This document shows positions 1-9,623 of a stretch of DNA of 64,000 nt, piece after piece. Within the stretch, counting starts at the first letter, position 1; the number at the start of each line of letters is the position of its first letter. Where the stretch lies: NCBI GenBank assembly GCA_024275995.1, contig JAJRYB010000019.1:2728-66727 (forward strand). The letters run 5' to 3'. The notes under the pieces were generated by a model, which did no database searches, was not told the origin of the DNA, and worked only from the letters and a program-made list of their open reading frames with translations. The position numbers and the translations under genes were made by a program. This stretch comes from Planctomycetota bacterium. Its GTDB lineage: Bacteria; Planctomycetota; Phycisphaerae; SM23-33.

Positions 1-51
1 CCACACGCCCGATACAGGCAGGATGTAATGTTGATAAACCGCCGGCATCAT
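1..51 (-). CDS. 5' fragment of a gene running off the window edge, probably the next member of the MoxR/vWA operon
   Basis: ATG at 51-49 overlaps the stop codon of the vWA gene (ATGA). The frame reads MMPAVYQHYILPVSGVW and is open to the edge. Confidence 0.5.
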   Translation of the reverse strand, partial: MMPAVYQHYILPVSGVW

Positions 52-2648
52 GTTTTTCCGTTCCCGCCGGTTTCGACCAGTTCGCCGGGCGATTTCAGCA
101 GTTGCCTGGCCCGCGTGCGGAACGTCTCGATATCGATGGCCTCGGCGCCGAACCTGACGGAACCGGCTGCGTGCAACCTACGACGGATGGCAATCCACCG
201 TGCGACGAATATCTCAGCCACCAGGACCGCCAGCGCCGCCAGGACCAATTGCCGCCACAACTCTTCGCCCGGCACGCCACCGGCGATCGAAGCTACCAGT
301 TCGTCGGTGCTCTGGACGTGTTGAAACGGTACTCTCTCTCCGATGGCGTTCAGATCGGCCTCGCTGAGCGTTTTGATGCGGCTTTCATCCGGATCGGATA
401 CGACGACGAACGCCGAACCTGCCGGATCGCCGGGGGACGCCTCGTATCGGCGAAGGTTCGCCTCGCCCAGTACCAGGCGATACGTGCCCGGATCGTCGGC
501 GGGTCCGAAACGCACGCGCAACATCTCGCCCCTGGACAGGACCGCAGCCTCCCTGCGGCGATTGTCAGGCGTTATAACCTCGATCGGCTCGTCTATCGCC
601 GACGATCCGGAGGCGAGAACCCTGCCACCGGCTGGGCGCCGGGCGGGCAGTTCGATCGTCACGTCCACACCGCCCGGAACGTTACCTTCCACCATCGACG
701 TCGCCGAGAGGTGATATATAAACTCGTGAACGAGCGGCACGAAGCATTTCAATACGTGCAGGTTCGTGTCGCGCGGGTGCAGGTTCATCGTCGTCTGGAG
801 AACAATACCGTTACCATGCTTTCGCTCGATAAGGGCAGGGGCCCCCGTCTCCAACCTTGCACCCACTCGCACATGCGGGTCGTACTCGTCGGCGGAAACC
901 TGCCAGTAGGCGTTAATCAGGGCGTCGGCTGCGTCGGATTGAGGGTACTGGGCTATCTTCCGCAGCGCCGGATGCAGGAAGCTCCCGACCGAGAGTCGCA
1001 CCGGCCTGCCGACGACGGCAGTGCGCCGTTTCACGAGTTTGGCGGGGATTACAAGGTCCCCCGAAGGGCTTCGCCATTCGTTGTAGAAATCCGCCTCGCA
1101 TCGATCACCCATCGCCAGCAGCAGCCCGCCGCCACGGCGAACGAATCGCCCGATGGCGCGCGCCGTCGCGTCCGGCAGACGGGAAACATTCGCCAACACT
1201 ATCACGTTGTACTCGCCGAAATCTTCAATCGCGGCGATGTGTACAGCCTCGATGACCTTCGTCTCGACAAGGTTGCTCCCGGCGCGACCACTATCCACTC
1301 TGCGACGCGAAGGGTTTGCTCCGTTCCCCGGACTCTCTGCCGGAGGCGGCGAAAGTGCAATGTCGATGAACGCCGCGGCGCCGTCCAGCGGACGGATCGA
1401 CGGGGCGCCGTCGACGATCAGCACCTTGATCCTGTCCGTCACGTCCACCACGCGCGATATGGCGTCGTCCGCCGGCATGTCGTCCTCGCAGACAACCCTT
1501 GCCGTTACGATGTGCCTGCCGACCTTGGTGAACCGGTATTCGAATCGGACGGTCTCGGTGGTATTGGGGGAAATCGGATCAATGTTCTGCGTAAGGGAAC
1601 GCCGCCCGTTGATGGACAGTTCCACGCGCGACGGAGAAACCTCCCCGACGCCCGTATTCATTATCGTCACGTCGATCGACGTCGGGCGGTCCGTGCCAAC
1701 GACGCGCCGCGAGAACGTCACGTTCTGGACGCCGAGGTTGGTGAAGTTCGCCGGCATGGGAAGCGTGCGGCAGACGATTTCCGGAGCCTCCGGCAGGGAG
1801 CGCCCTTTCAGCGTGCCCGCGAGGAACTCCCATTGCGCCGTGTCCGCAACGTTCCATCCTATGCTCTGGCCATCCGTGATGAGAACGATCTTCTTTCCGG
1901 AATTGGCGCCCCGGGCCAGCGATGCGGCGGCGGCGGTGAGGGCGTCGATCACCCGCATCGATCCGCCGGTCGGTTGGAGCGAGGAAAGTGCGTCCGCAAT
2001 CTGAGCGCGATCGTAAGACGGCGCGGACACCACGGGACGCGGAGAGTTGCCCGCAAGGAACAGGCTGACGGCGTCGGCGCTCTTGCATGCGCCAAGTACC
2101 GCGCGGGCCTCGTCGATCGCACGTTGAAAGTTCGTGAGTTTCTCGCCCTCGGACGCATCGAGCATCATGGACATCGACCCGTCGATCACTATGGCGATGT
2201 CCATTCCCTGATCGCCGAGAGCCCATTTCTTCTGCTGGGCGTAATGCTCGATTATCGAGAGCGTAACCGCACCGGTCAGCATTATCACGGCGGGAATCAG
2301 CAGCAGCCAGCGGGCCCTGCGATTGGCCCAGACAGCTACACCGACGGCGCCGAGGATGGCGCTCGCCAGAAGCGCCGGAAGCACCATCGCCCAGGAAATC
2401 GTGGATCGGCTTGGCAGAAACGGTCTTGCCATCGCCACCGCAAGCAGCGCCATCAAAAAACACCGCAAGGCAAGCAGCAGGATTTCCTCCAGGCGGATCC
2501 GGCGCTTTCTCGCCGCCAGCGCCGCCAGCAGGAAACGCATCGCGCCCCAGTCCAGAATCTTCGCCCGCCGACGGTGCAGCAGGTGAATGAGGATCGGGAT
2601 CGATACTCCCGCAAGTCCGATCAGCATTGTCCAGTTCAGGAAAGTCAT
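48..2648 (-). CDS. BatA N-terminal / von Willebrand factor A domain membrane protein with an Ig/CARDB-like domain and a glutamine-amidotransferase-like domain
   Basis: N-terminus MTFLNW..IPILIHLL..W.AMRFL is the BatA double-TM signature. MIDAS motif DGSMSM and ITDG are present, with a C-terminal TM 'ELWRQLVLAALAVLVAE'. Start moved to the ATG at 2648. Confidence 0.85.
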   Translation of the reverse strand: MTFLNWTMLIGLAGVSIPILIHLLHRRRAKILDWGAMRFLLAALAARKRRIRLEEILLLALRCFLMALLAVAMARPFLPSRSTISWAMVLPALLASAILGAVGVAVWANRRARWLLLIPAVIMLTGAVTLSIIEHYAQQKKWALGDQGMDIAIVIDGSMSMMLDASEGEKLTNFQRAIDEARAVLGACKSADAVSLFLAGNSPRPVVSAPSYDRAQIADALSSLQPTGGSMRVIDALTAAAASLARGANSGKKIVLITDGQSIGWNVADTAQWEFLAGTLKGRSLPEAPEIVCRTLPMPANFTNLGVQNVTFSRRVVGTDRPTSIDVTIMNTGVGEVSPSRVELSINGRRSLTQNIDPISPNTTETVRFEYRFTKVGRHIVTARVVCEDDMPADDAISRVVDVTDRIKVLIVDGAPSIRPLDGAAAFIDIALSPPPAESPGNGANPSRRRVDSGRAGSNLVETKVIEAVHIAAIEDFGEYNVIVLANVSRLPDATARAIGRFVRRGGGLLLAMGDRCEADFYNEWRSPSGDLVIPAKLVKRRTAVVGRPVRLSVGSFLHPALRKIAQYPQSDAADALINAYWQVSADEYDPHVRVGARLETGAPALIERKHGNGIVLQTTMNLHPRDTNLHVLKCFVPLVHEFIYHLSATSMVEGNVPGGVDVTIELPARRPAGGRVLASGSSAIDEPIEVITPDNRRREAAVLSRGEMLRVRFGPADDPGTYRLVLGEANLRRYEASPGDPAGSAFVVVSDPDESRIKTLSEADLNAIGERVPFQHVQSTDELVASIAGGVPGEELWRQLVLAALAVLVAEIFVARWIAIRRRLHAAGSVRFGAEAIDIETFRTRARQLLKSPGELVETGGNGKT

Positions 2649-2654
2649 GCTTAA

Positions 2655-2775
2655 AACAGTAGTCAGTAATCGATAGTTGGAAGCCGTGGGTTGAATGCCG
2701 CGACAAAGTCGCAAGCGAAACTCGCGGACAACAGTAGTCAGTTTTTATCTCAAATCTGAAATCTCAAATCTGAGC
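2655..2775. repeat. Intergenic short repeats: four AAATCT(C/G)-type heptamers and two copies of AACAGTAGTCAGT
   Basis: tctcaaatctgaaatctcaaatctga at about 2748-2773, and aacagtagtcagt at 2655 and 2730. Confidence 0.6.
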
Positions 2776-2776
2776 T

Positions 2777-3718
2777 CTATTTCGCCCGTCCCATGCGCTG
2801 GGCGAGATACTGCGCCAGGGCGACTTCGAAACCCCTGGCGGTCGAGATCGGAACGTAGTCGATATCCATTTGTCCGCAGCCCATTTCTATCCGCCGGATG
2901 TGCCGACGAAGAAGTTCAAGGTATTCCGCCCGCAGGGCCCGCGGGTCTATCTGCCGGTAAGTGTGCGGCTTCTCCAGGTCGCGGAACAGATGCGCCGTCT
3001 CGAACGGAAACGTCAGTTCCTCCTCGGCCATCACGTGGAACAGGAGCACCTCGTGCTTGCGATAGCGAAAGTGATGAAGCGCCTTGAGCAGCTCGTCCGT
3101 ATCGTCGAACAGATCGGAAATAATCAGGATAAGTCCCCGCCTGTGGGCGCGCTCGGCGATGTCGTGGAAAATCGTCGCAAGGGCGGTCTCCTTTCCGCTC
3201 CTGGTTTCCACGAGTTCCTTCAGGATCATCCGCAGGTGACTGGCCCGACTGCGAGGGGGAATGTAGCGGCGCACCTGCGTGTCGAACGTTACAAGGCCCA
3301 CCGCGTCCTGCTGGTGGATCATCATGTGCGTCAGCGACGCGGCAAGGTATCGCGCGTATTCGAACTTGCTCAGGCGCTTTCCCGAATGTTTCACAGCCGA
3401 TGCGCCCCGGTAACTCATCGATCCGGAGGCGTCCAGCAGAATAGTCGCGCGAAGGTTCGTCTCCTCGATGTACTGTTTGATGTAGTACCGGTCACTTTTA
3501 CCGTACACCCGCCAGTCAAGGTCGCTTATGGGATCGCCCGGGACGTACTGGCGGTGCTCGGCGAACTCGACGGAGAAACCCTTGTACGGACTTTTGTGCC
3601 GACCTGATACGAACCCCTCGACCACGCCGCGGGCGATCAGCTCCAGCCGGCTTATCTTCGCAAGCGCTTCGGGGTCCAGCAGACGCATATATTCGGGTTT
3701 TCCACTGCCATTGAGCAT
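2777..3718 (-). CDS. DUF58 family protein (MoxR-associated, vWA-like)
   Basis: G.H.S...G.SVEFAEHRQYVPGD...DW, DASGSM and ISD motifs, directly downstream of MoxR. Confidence 0.93.
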   Translation of the reverse strand: MLNGSGKPEYMRLLDPEALAKISRLELIARGVVEGFVSGRHKSPYKGFSVEFAEHRQYVPGDPISDLDWRVYGKSDRYYIKQYIEETNLRATILLDASGSMSYRGASAVKHSGKRLSKFEYARYLAASLTHMMIHQQDAVGLVTFDTQVRRYIPPRSRASHLRMILKELVETRSGKETALATIFHDIAERAHRRGLILIISDLFDDTDELLKALHHFRYRKHEVLLFHVMAEEELTFPFETAHLFRDLEKPHTYRQIDPRALRAEYLELLRRHIRRIEMGCGQMDIDYVPISTARGFEVALAQYLAQRMGRAK

Positions 3719-3760
3719 TTTACACCCTCATTTGCATCACGCGATGCGGCGCGGCCTTGG

Positions 3761-4876
3761 TCAATCGTCGACCCGCCCGCCGTAGCTTCCGGAACCAAGA
3801 CTGCTCGTCAATCCGTCCAGCCCTTCCTCGACCGGAGGGCGGATTTCCGAAAGCAGGCGAAGCACGACCTCATCGGAGGTGATTCCCGCAGCCTCGGCGT
3901 TGAACGTGGTGATAACGCGGTGACGCAGGACCGGAAGCGCCATTTCCCGCACGTCTTCCGTCGTGGCGTGGTAGCGCCCGTGAAGGATCGCACGCGCCTT
4001 GGCTGCGAGCATCATGTATATCCCCGCACGCGGGCCCGCGCCCCAGTTGACCAGCTCGTTCACGAAGTCCGGCGCCTCGTTCGTGCCCGGCCTGGAGGCG
4101 CGGGCGAGGTCGCGGGCGTAGGTGAAAACGTGCTCGCCCGCAGGAACGCGGCGAACGATCGCCTGCAGGCGGAGAATGTCCTCGCCCGTCAACTCCGGCG
4201 TCAGGTCGGCTGTGTACGTTCCGGTGACCCGTTTCATGATCGCCAGTTCCTCGGCCGGTGACGGGTAGTCCACGATGATGTTGAACATGAACCTGTCAAG
4301 TTGCGCCTCGGGCAGCGGATAGGTGCCTTCCTGCTCGATGGGGTTCTGCGTCGCCAATACGAAGAACGGCTCGGGCAGTGAGAACGTCTCCTCGCCGACG
4401 GTAACGTTGTGCTCCTGCATCGCCTCGAGCAGCGCCGCCTGTGTCTTGGGGGGCGTGCGGTTGATCTCGTCGGCGAGTACCATGTTCGCGAACAGGGGCC
4501 CGTGGACGAATCGGAAAACGCGCTTGCCCGTCGTGTGGTCTTCCTCCAGCACGTCCGTACCGGTGATGTCAGATGGCATGAGGTCCGGCGTGAACTGTAT
4601 CCGCTTGAAGCTCAAGTGCAGAACCTCGGAGATCGTGCTGATAAGCAGCGTTTTCGCCAGGCCCGGAACACCGACCAGAAGTGCGTGTCCGCGACAGAAC
4701 ATCGCCACCAGCACCTGCTCGATCACCTGCTTCTGACCGACGATCACTCGCCCGAGCTGATCGGTCATCTTCTCGTAAGCGGCGTTAAGGCTCTTCACCG
4801 CCTCGATGTCGTCGGTATCCGCGGCCGGCTTTGCTTTCACGCTCGCCCCGGCTGCCTTATTCGTCTTTTCGGACAT
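3761..4876 (-). CDS. MoxR family AAA+ ATPase
   Basis: Walker [24 protein letters not shown], Walker B LADEINR, and [22 protein letters not shown]. Confidence 0.95.
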   Translation of the reverse strand: MSEKTNKAAGASVKAKPAADTDDIEAVKSLNAAYEKMTDQLGRVIVGQKQVIEQVLVAMFCRGHALLVGVPGLAKTLLISTISEVLHLSFKRIQFTPDLMPSDITGTDVLEEDHTTGKRVFRFVHGPLFANMVLADEINRTPPKTQAALLEAMQEHNVTVGEETFSLPEPFFVLATQNPIEQEGTYPLPEAQLDRFMFNIIVDYPSPAEELAIMKRVTGTYTADLTPELTGEDILRLQAIVRRVPAGEHVFTYARDLARASRPGTNEAPDFVNELVNWGAGPRAGIYMMLAAKARAILHGRYHATTEDVREMALPVLRHRVITTFNAEAAGITSDEVVLRLLSEIRPPVEEGLDGLTSSLGSGSYGGRVDD

Positions 4877-5045
4877 GTCTCTCTCCAAACACTGTGCCTG
4901 CCAACATGGAATAACTCAACCGGGGGGAAATATCGCCGCACAGGTAAAGGGACACACCGACAGCCCGGCCGCCTACTTCCATCTCAAACACCGCGACGGT
5001 GAGTAGTTCCGGGAGAATCCTTTTTTTGCGCCCGTATTGAATTGT

Positions 5046-6515
5046 TTACGCCAGGCCCGTCGGATGCGCCTCCAGGAACTCGGCATGGTGGCCCCGGCCC
5101 GTTTCGCGAAGTCGCTCGCAATAGTTCTTCAGCTCGTCGCGGGTGTGGAACGGGCCACCCTCCTCAAGAACGATCTGCATGGGATCGTCGGGGTAATCGC
5201 TGGTGGACATCATCTCGTCGGTCCACTCGTCGAGCAGTGCCTGCCCGCGATCGGCGAGGTCGGGCTGCGATTCGGCGAGGTCGTTCAGCTCGTGCGGGTC
5301 GTCGGCGACGTTGAAAACCATCCGCTCCGGAAGGTTTTTCAGGCCGGTGTGATACGTTCGGATGAAGACGTTGTCGTCCCATCGCACGGATCGCATGCAG
5401 GACCATGCGTTCTGGCTGAACACGGCGTAATCGCGCCCCTCGGACCTGTCCTGCTTAAACGCCTGCGCGAAACTCCGCCCGTCCCAGCGTGTCGGGACCT
5501 GCCCGCCGAGAAGTTCTATTATTGTCGCGGCGATGTCCGTCTGGTTGTGCAGGCCGCTGTCCACCCGGCCGCCACCTACGCCGGGCCAGCGGACGATCAT
5601 CGGAACGCGCGAGGTTACGTGGTCCGCCACCGCGTGATCGCCGATAACGCCCAACTCGCCCTGGTTCTCGCCGTGATCGGAAGTGACGATGACGATCGTA
5701 TCGTCCAGCACGCCGGCGTCGGCCAGGACGTTCATTATCCGCCCGAAGCACTCGTCGGCGTAACGGATGCCGGTATCGTACCCGTCGATATGTCTCTTGT
5801 AATCGTCCATAGAGGCGATCTGGGCGGGCTGGCGAGGCGTGCCGTTGAACCGGCCGAACCCCCCGGACGGTTCCTGCGGCGTTCCGGGACCGAAGCTGTC
5901 CCACTGCCTCTGTCGCAATTCTTCGGTGTACCAGCCGTCGAGCGGCTCGTCGACGAAGGGGTTTCCGAACCGCTCCGGCGTGCGGTAGGCGGCGTGCGGG
6001 TCCCATATATTCACGTGCAGCATCCAGTCGTCTTTTTTCGCGTTGCGTTTCAGCCAATCGATGGCATGCGGCTCGATTTCGTCGGCGATCTCGTTTCCGT
6101 TCTTTCCGGTGTCGATCATCTCCCGCCAGCCCGCGTAGAACCACCATGCCGCGTGGCGTGTGGCGAACGGGCTGATCGAGACCGGGTAGATTCCGTTGCA
6201 GCGAAGCGTCTCGATGAAGCCCGGACGGTTCCCTTCGCATGCTTCTCCCCCGTTGTTGAATATTCTTTCGCGCCCGATCGGGCGCATATCCGCCGCCAGC
6301 CCGCCGTGGTTCACGATACCGGTGTGGATGCCGAATCTTCCGGTGAACATGCTCGCCCGGCTGGGCAGGCAGGGAGCGTCCGAAACGTAGCACTTATCGA
6401 ACCGAACGCCCTCGGCGGCCAGGCGGTCTATATTGGGACTCGTCTCGCGATGGTACCCGTAGCAGCCGAGGTGATCGGCTCGAAGCGTGTCGATATCCAT
6501 GTACAGAATTCGCAT
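5046..6515 (-). CDS. Sulfatase (formylglycine-dependent), no signal peptide
   Basis: DTLRADHLGCYGY, CxPxR motif CLPSRAS, DPH and SDHGE. Confidence 0.93.
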   Translation of the reverse strand: MRILYMDIDTLRADHLGCYGYHRETSPNIDRLAAEGVRFDKCYVSDAPCLPSRASMFTGRFGIHTGIVNHGGLAADMRPIGRERIFNNGGEACEGNRPGFIETLRCNGIYPVSISPFATRHAAWWFYAGWREMIDTGKNGNEIADEIEPHAIDWLKRNAKKDDWMLHVNIWDPHAAYRTPERFGNPFVDEPLDGWYTEELRQRQWDSFGPGTPQEPSGGFGRFNGTPRQPAQIASMDDYKRHIDGYDTGIRYADECFGRIMNVLADAGVLDDTIVIVTSDHGENQGELGVIGDHAVADHVTSRVPMIVRWPGVGGGRVDSGLHNQTDIAATIIELLGGQVPTRWDGRSFAQAFKQDRSEGRDYAVFSQNAWSCMRSVRWDDNVFIRTYHTGLKNLPERMVFNVADDPHELNDLAESQPDLADRGQALLDEWTDEMMSTSDYPDDPMQIVLEEGGPFHTRDELKNYCERLRETGRGHHAEFLEAHPTGLA

Positions 6516-6656
6516 CTTCGCCGGCTCCCTTTATCGTCTATCGGAAGCGGTCGAATATAGATCACCCGCCCGCCCTGTCAACCCGCAACGGCAACTTCTT
6601 TTGCAGCCGCGGGAGACCTGCCATATACTACGACCGGTGGATGCAACGCCGCGGCG

Positions 6657-7949
6657 ATGGAAACCGCGGACGTGGTCGTGGAACGAATTGCCGGGAGATC
6701 TGGTATGTATACAACTTGCAGTACGTTTTGTCGTCGGGTCGTATCGGCCGGGCGTCCCGCAGGCGTCGCGATGCTCCTGTGCCTGATCTGCTTCGCAACG
6801 GCGTCGCCTGCCCAGGCCGACGAAGTGACGATAAAAGGCATGCTGTACAGCAATGTGAAAGTCGAGGATTTCGACGGCCACTGGATCACGTTCCGTCTTC
6901 AGGGTGGAAAGCAGATGTACAAATCCGCCGAGGATCTGACGAAGGTCAAACTCGACGGCGAGGCCGCCCTGAACGCAGCCGAGGAACTTGCGGCAAAGGG
7001 TAAATTCGACGAGGCGATTGCGATGTACAAGCAAGCCAACGCCCTGGCGAATGAAGGCTGGCGTCAGAAACTTATCCAGTCGCGTATGAAACGCGCCCTG
7101 AATCTCCAACGGGCGGCACGGCTTGCCGCCACCACGCGGGCAACCACCGAGCCGACGACCAGGCCGACAACCAAACCGGAAACGGATAACACCGGGCAGA
7201 CAGACCAGACGTCGGATGAGCTCAAGCCCGCTCGCCGCTCGGCGCTGGCCTTTGCGAAGTTTCTCGAACAGGCGCCTCTGCACCCCCGGCAGAGGAGCGA
7301 CTGGCGTCGCAGCACGGCATTGCAACGGGACGCGGCGCAGAAGAGTTGGGAAAGGAAGCACCGCAAGTGGGTCGCGACGCTTCAGACGTTCATCGGCGAG
7401 CACGTTACGTGGGAGCTTGTCTGCGACAACATTGTGCCCACGGAGGACAACAAGAGCTTCGTGGTTTCCGCCCGTTGGAGGCGCCGTCTCAATGAAGGCG
7501 AAAGGTGGACCGGCGGGATGGTCCGCCAGTTCCAGGTTCGCGCGGTTCTCCCCGCAAAGGCGCGTGGAACGTTGATGCGCATTGGCGTAGGCGACAACGT
7601 GGAGCTTTCCGGCACGGTGAAGGCCTTTCGCGTTAGTGCTCGCCGCATGCCCGACTGGTCGGAGTACTATCGCGAGCCTGCAACAATCATCATGGACCTC
7701 GGGCCATACGTGCCCAGGAGGCTTCATCCGCGCATACCCGGGCCGAAGAAAAAACGCGTAATCAATTACGAGAAATACCTTCCCAGCCGAAGCCCGTTCT
7801 GGGTAGGTCTCAGCGAATGCACCATCAAGTGGATCAAACCCAAGGCCACGGACGATAAGACTCCGGTGCGCGATAATGTGCGCGATAACAGGCGGCGCAT
7901 ACCTGGTCCCAGGATCAGACCAGAGGATTTTGTCCCGCCCAGGCGATGA
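6657..7949 (+). CDS. Hypothetical exported protein (beta domain, TPR-like helices, Thr/Pro linker, possible OB-like C-terminal domain)
   Basis: Signal-like MLLCLICFATASPAQA, helical AEELAAKGKFDEAIAMYKQA, and linker ATTRATTEPTTRPTTKP. Start uncertain. Confidence 0.7.
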   Translation: METADVVVERIAGRSGMYTTCSTFCRRVVSAGRPAGVAMLLCLICFATASPAQADEVTIKGMLYSNVKVEDFDGHWITFRLQGGKQMYKSAEDLTKVKLDGEAALNAAEELAAKGKFDEAIAMYKQANALANEGWRQKLIQSRMKRALNLQRAARLAATTRATTEPTTRPTTKPETDNTGQTDQTSDELKPARRSALAFAKFLEQAPLHPRQRSDWRRSTALQRDAAQKSWERKHRKWVATLQTFIGEHVTWELVCDNIVPTEDNKSFVVSARWRRRLNEGERWTGGMVRQFQVRAVLPAKARGTLMRIGVGDNVELSGTVKAFRVSARRMPDWSEYYREPATIIMDLGPYVPRRLHPRIPGPKKKRVINYEKYLPSRSPFWVGLSECTIKWIKPKATDDKTPVRDNVRDNRRRIPGPRIRPEDFVPPRR

Positions 7950-7986
7950 TCGGAAAGCAAACGGGGCGGGTTTCGGCTGCAGGATT

Positions 7987-7994
7987 GTATAATA
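7987..7994 (+). promoter_or_regulatory. Putative -10 element (TATAAT)
   Basis: ttgTATAAT lies about 25 nt upstream of the ATG at 8018. Confidence 0.45.
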
Positions 7995-8017
7995 CGCCCA
8001 CGCTTATGGAGCGAATC

Positions 8018-9379
8018 ATGAACAGACACGGATTGTTGCCGGCCGCCCTGGCGGTGCTTCTGACGACGGGATTGTATGCGCAACGGGCGGACGGCGAGAC
8101 GAATATCAAGCTGGGCAAGCGTTACATCGACCAGTTGCGTGGATTTTCGCTTCGCCCCCCGGCCGGCACCCAGCGCCTGCGAAAACCATCGCCGTCGCTG
8201 CTGGTAAGCTGGGTTCGCCGCGACGCCAAGACCGGCGCTATCGCCTGGACGCTCAGTATCCAGCAGGCGATCGAAAAGCAGAAGGACCTCAACCTGAAAG
8301 CCTACGCCAAGGCGCTCGAACAGAAACTGACGCTCGAGCAGAACCTGCGCGTGGAATCGTCGAAGCTCGCCCCGACTGCCGGCAAGCCCGGAATTCACAT
8401 CCGTGGGGAAATCGCCGGGCGCGGAAAGCTGTGGCAGAGGCAGGTGTGGCTGCTCGCCGAACCGCAGCGGTTCCTGATTTTTTCGATTACCGGACCTGCC
8501 GCAACCAAGGCGACGCTCGAAAAGGTCATGGACGCCGCTCTCGGAACGCTGAGAGTGATCAATCTCGAAGATGCGCTGAAGGCGCGCAAGGAAAACATCG
8601 AACGCGGAAAGGTTTTCCTGAAAGCCATCACGGACGAAAAGCTCAAGGCGGCCGTGGACACCCAACCGCAATGGTACCTCTTCCGCATGCAGGGCGATTA
8701 CACGGGGTTCATGAAGGTGCTGGAATCCACTTCCCGGAGAGAAAACCGCAACGGCGTGGAGATCCGCAAGTGGGTGATGTGGAAAACGCCCAAGGCCCCG
8801 CCGAGACTGCTCAAGAGCGTCCTGTTCACTACGGCGGACCGATCGCTGGAAGAGTGGAAGGACCGTTTCCAGGTCGGGCTTATCGAGGCGAGAAGCGGTT
8901 CGCGGGAAGACGGGATCAAGCAGAACGAGCTGATAGTATGCAGCCTGGCTGAGACCGTCAGGAAGCCCCGGCCCCACTGGCAGGAACGCGCCAAGAAAAA
9001 GATCGTACCCGAGGACATATACCTGTCCAAGGCGATTGGCGACATGCTTTCTCGCCTGGTGGACCTGACCAGGCCCGCTGCCTATTCGTTCGCCTCGTAC
9101 ACCTCCACGGCGAACGCTTTCGACATGCGGACGTTCACCGTCGTCGGTAGCGACAGCATCGTAATATCCGGAAAACGCATGGAGGCGGTTCGCGTTCTCG
9201 ACCAGGCCGCAGCCGACGTGGAACCGGCGACGCTATGGGTCGATCGTAAAGGCAGGATTCTGCGAATGCATACGGAGGAAGGACTCCAGATGCTCCTGAG
9301 CACGTATGCCGGCGTGTTGCAGCGATTCCCGAATGCGGAAAAGGCGCTGGCGGTGATGGACCGCCTTGGCGGGAGGTAA
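8018..9379 (+). CDS. Hypothetical exported protein
   Basis: Signal peptide MNRHGLLPAALAVLLTTGLYA, GGAG SD and a long open frame. Confidence 0.75.
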   Translation: MNRHGLLPAALAVLLTTGLYAQRADGETNIKLGKRYIDQLRGFSLRPPAGTQRLRKPSPSLLVSWVRRDAKTGAIAWTLSIQQAIEKQKDLNLKAYAKALEQKLTLEQNLRVESSKLAPTAGKPGIHIRGEIAGRGKLWQRQVWLLAEPQRFLIFSITGPAATKATLEKVMDAALGTLRVINLEDALKARKENIERGKVFLKAITDEKLKAAVDTQPQWYLFRMQGDYTGFMKVLESTSRRENRNGVEIRKWVMWKTPKAPPRLLKSVLFTTADRSLEEWKDRFQVGLIEARSGSREDGIKQNELIVCSLAETVRKPRPHWQERAKKKIVPEDIYLSKAIGDMLSRLVDLTRPAAYSFASYTSTANAFDMRTFTVVGSDSIVISGKRMEAVRVLDQAAADVEPATLWVDRKGRILRMHTEEGLQMLLSTYAGVLQRFPNAEKALAVMDRLGGR

Positions 9380-9386
9380 GAGAAGC

Positions 9387-9567
9387 AAATCCGAAATCCG
9401 AAGCTCAAAACAAGCTGCAAACAACAAAAAACAAATCCGAAACAAACACGAAAACCAAAACAAATTTGAAATTCGAATGACCGAAACATCTGGGCGTTAT
9501 TTCTGTCATTGCTGTTTTTGCTTGATTCGAATTTGTTTCGTATTTCGAGTTTCGGATTTTGGATTTT
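9387..9567. repeat. AT-rich imperfect inverted-repeat element built from AAATCCG-type heptamers
   Basis: The left arm aaatccgaaatccgaagctc... is A-rich. The right arm ...gagtttcggattttggatttt is T-rich and approximately reverse-complementary. Confidence 0.75.
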
Positions 9568-9623
9568 GAAAATGAAATGCTTGCCTGAATATTCTTAATA
9601 ACAAACCTGGACAGGGAAAATTC

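Noticed and set aside
102..2654. 850-aa plus-strand ORF, and similar long antisense ORFs (5037-6560, 25931-27328, 52326-54683, 56528-57793)
   Set aside because: Shadow ORFs opposite well-supported genes. They are expected in high-GC DNA and have no recognisable motifs.
9387..9567. Possible CRISPR array
   Set aside because: Units are 7 nt and degenerate, with no constant repeat and unique spacer pattern and no cas genes.
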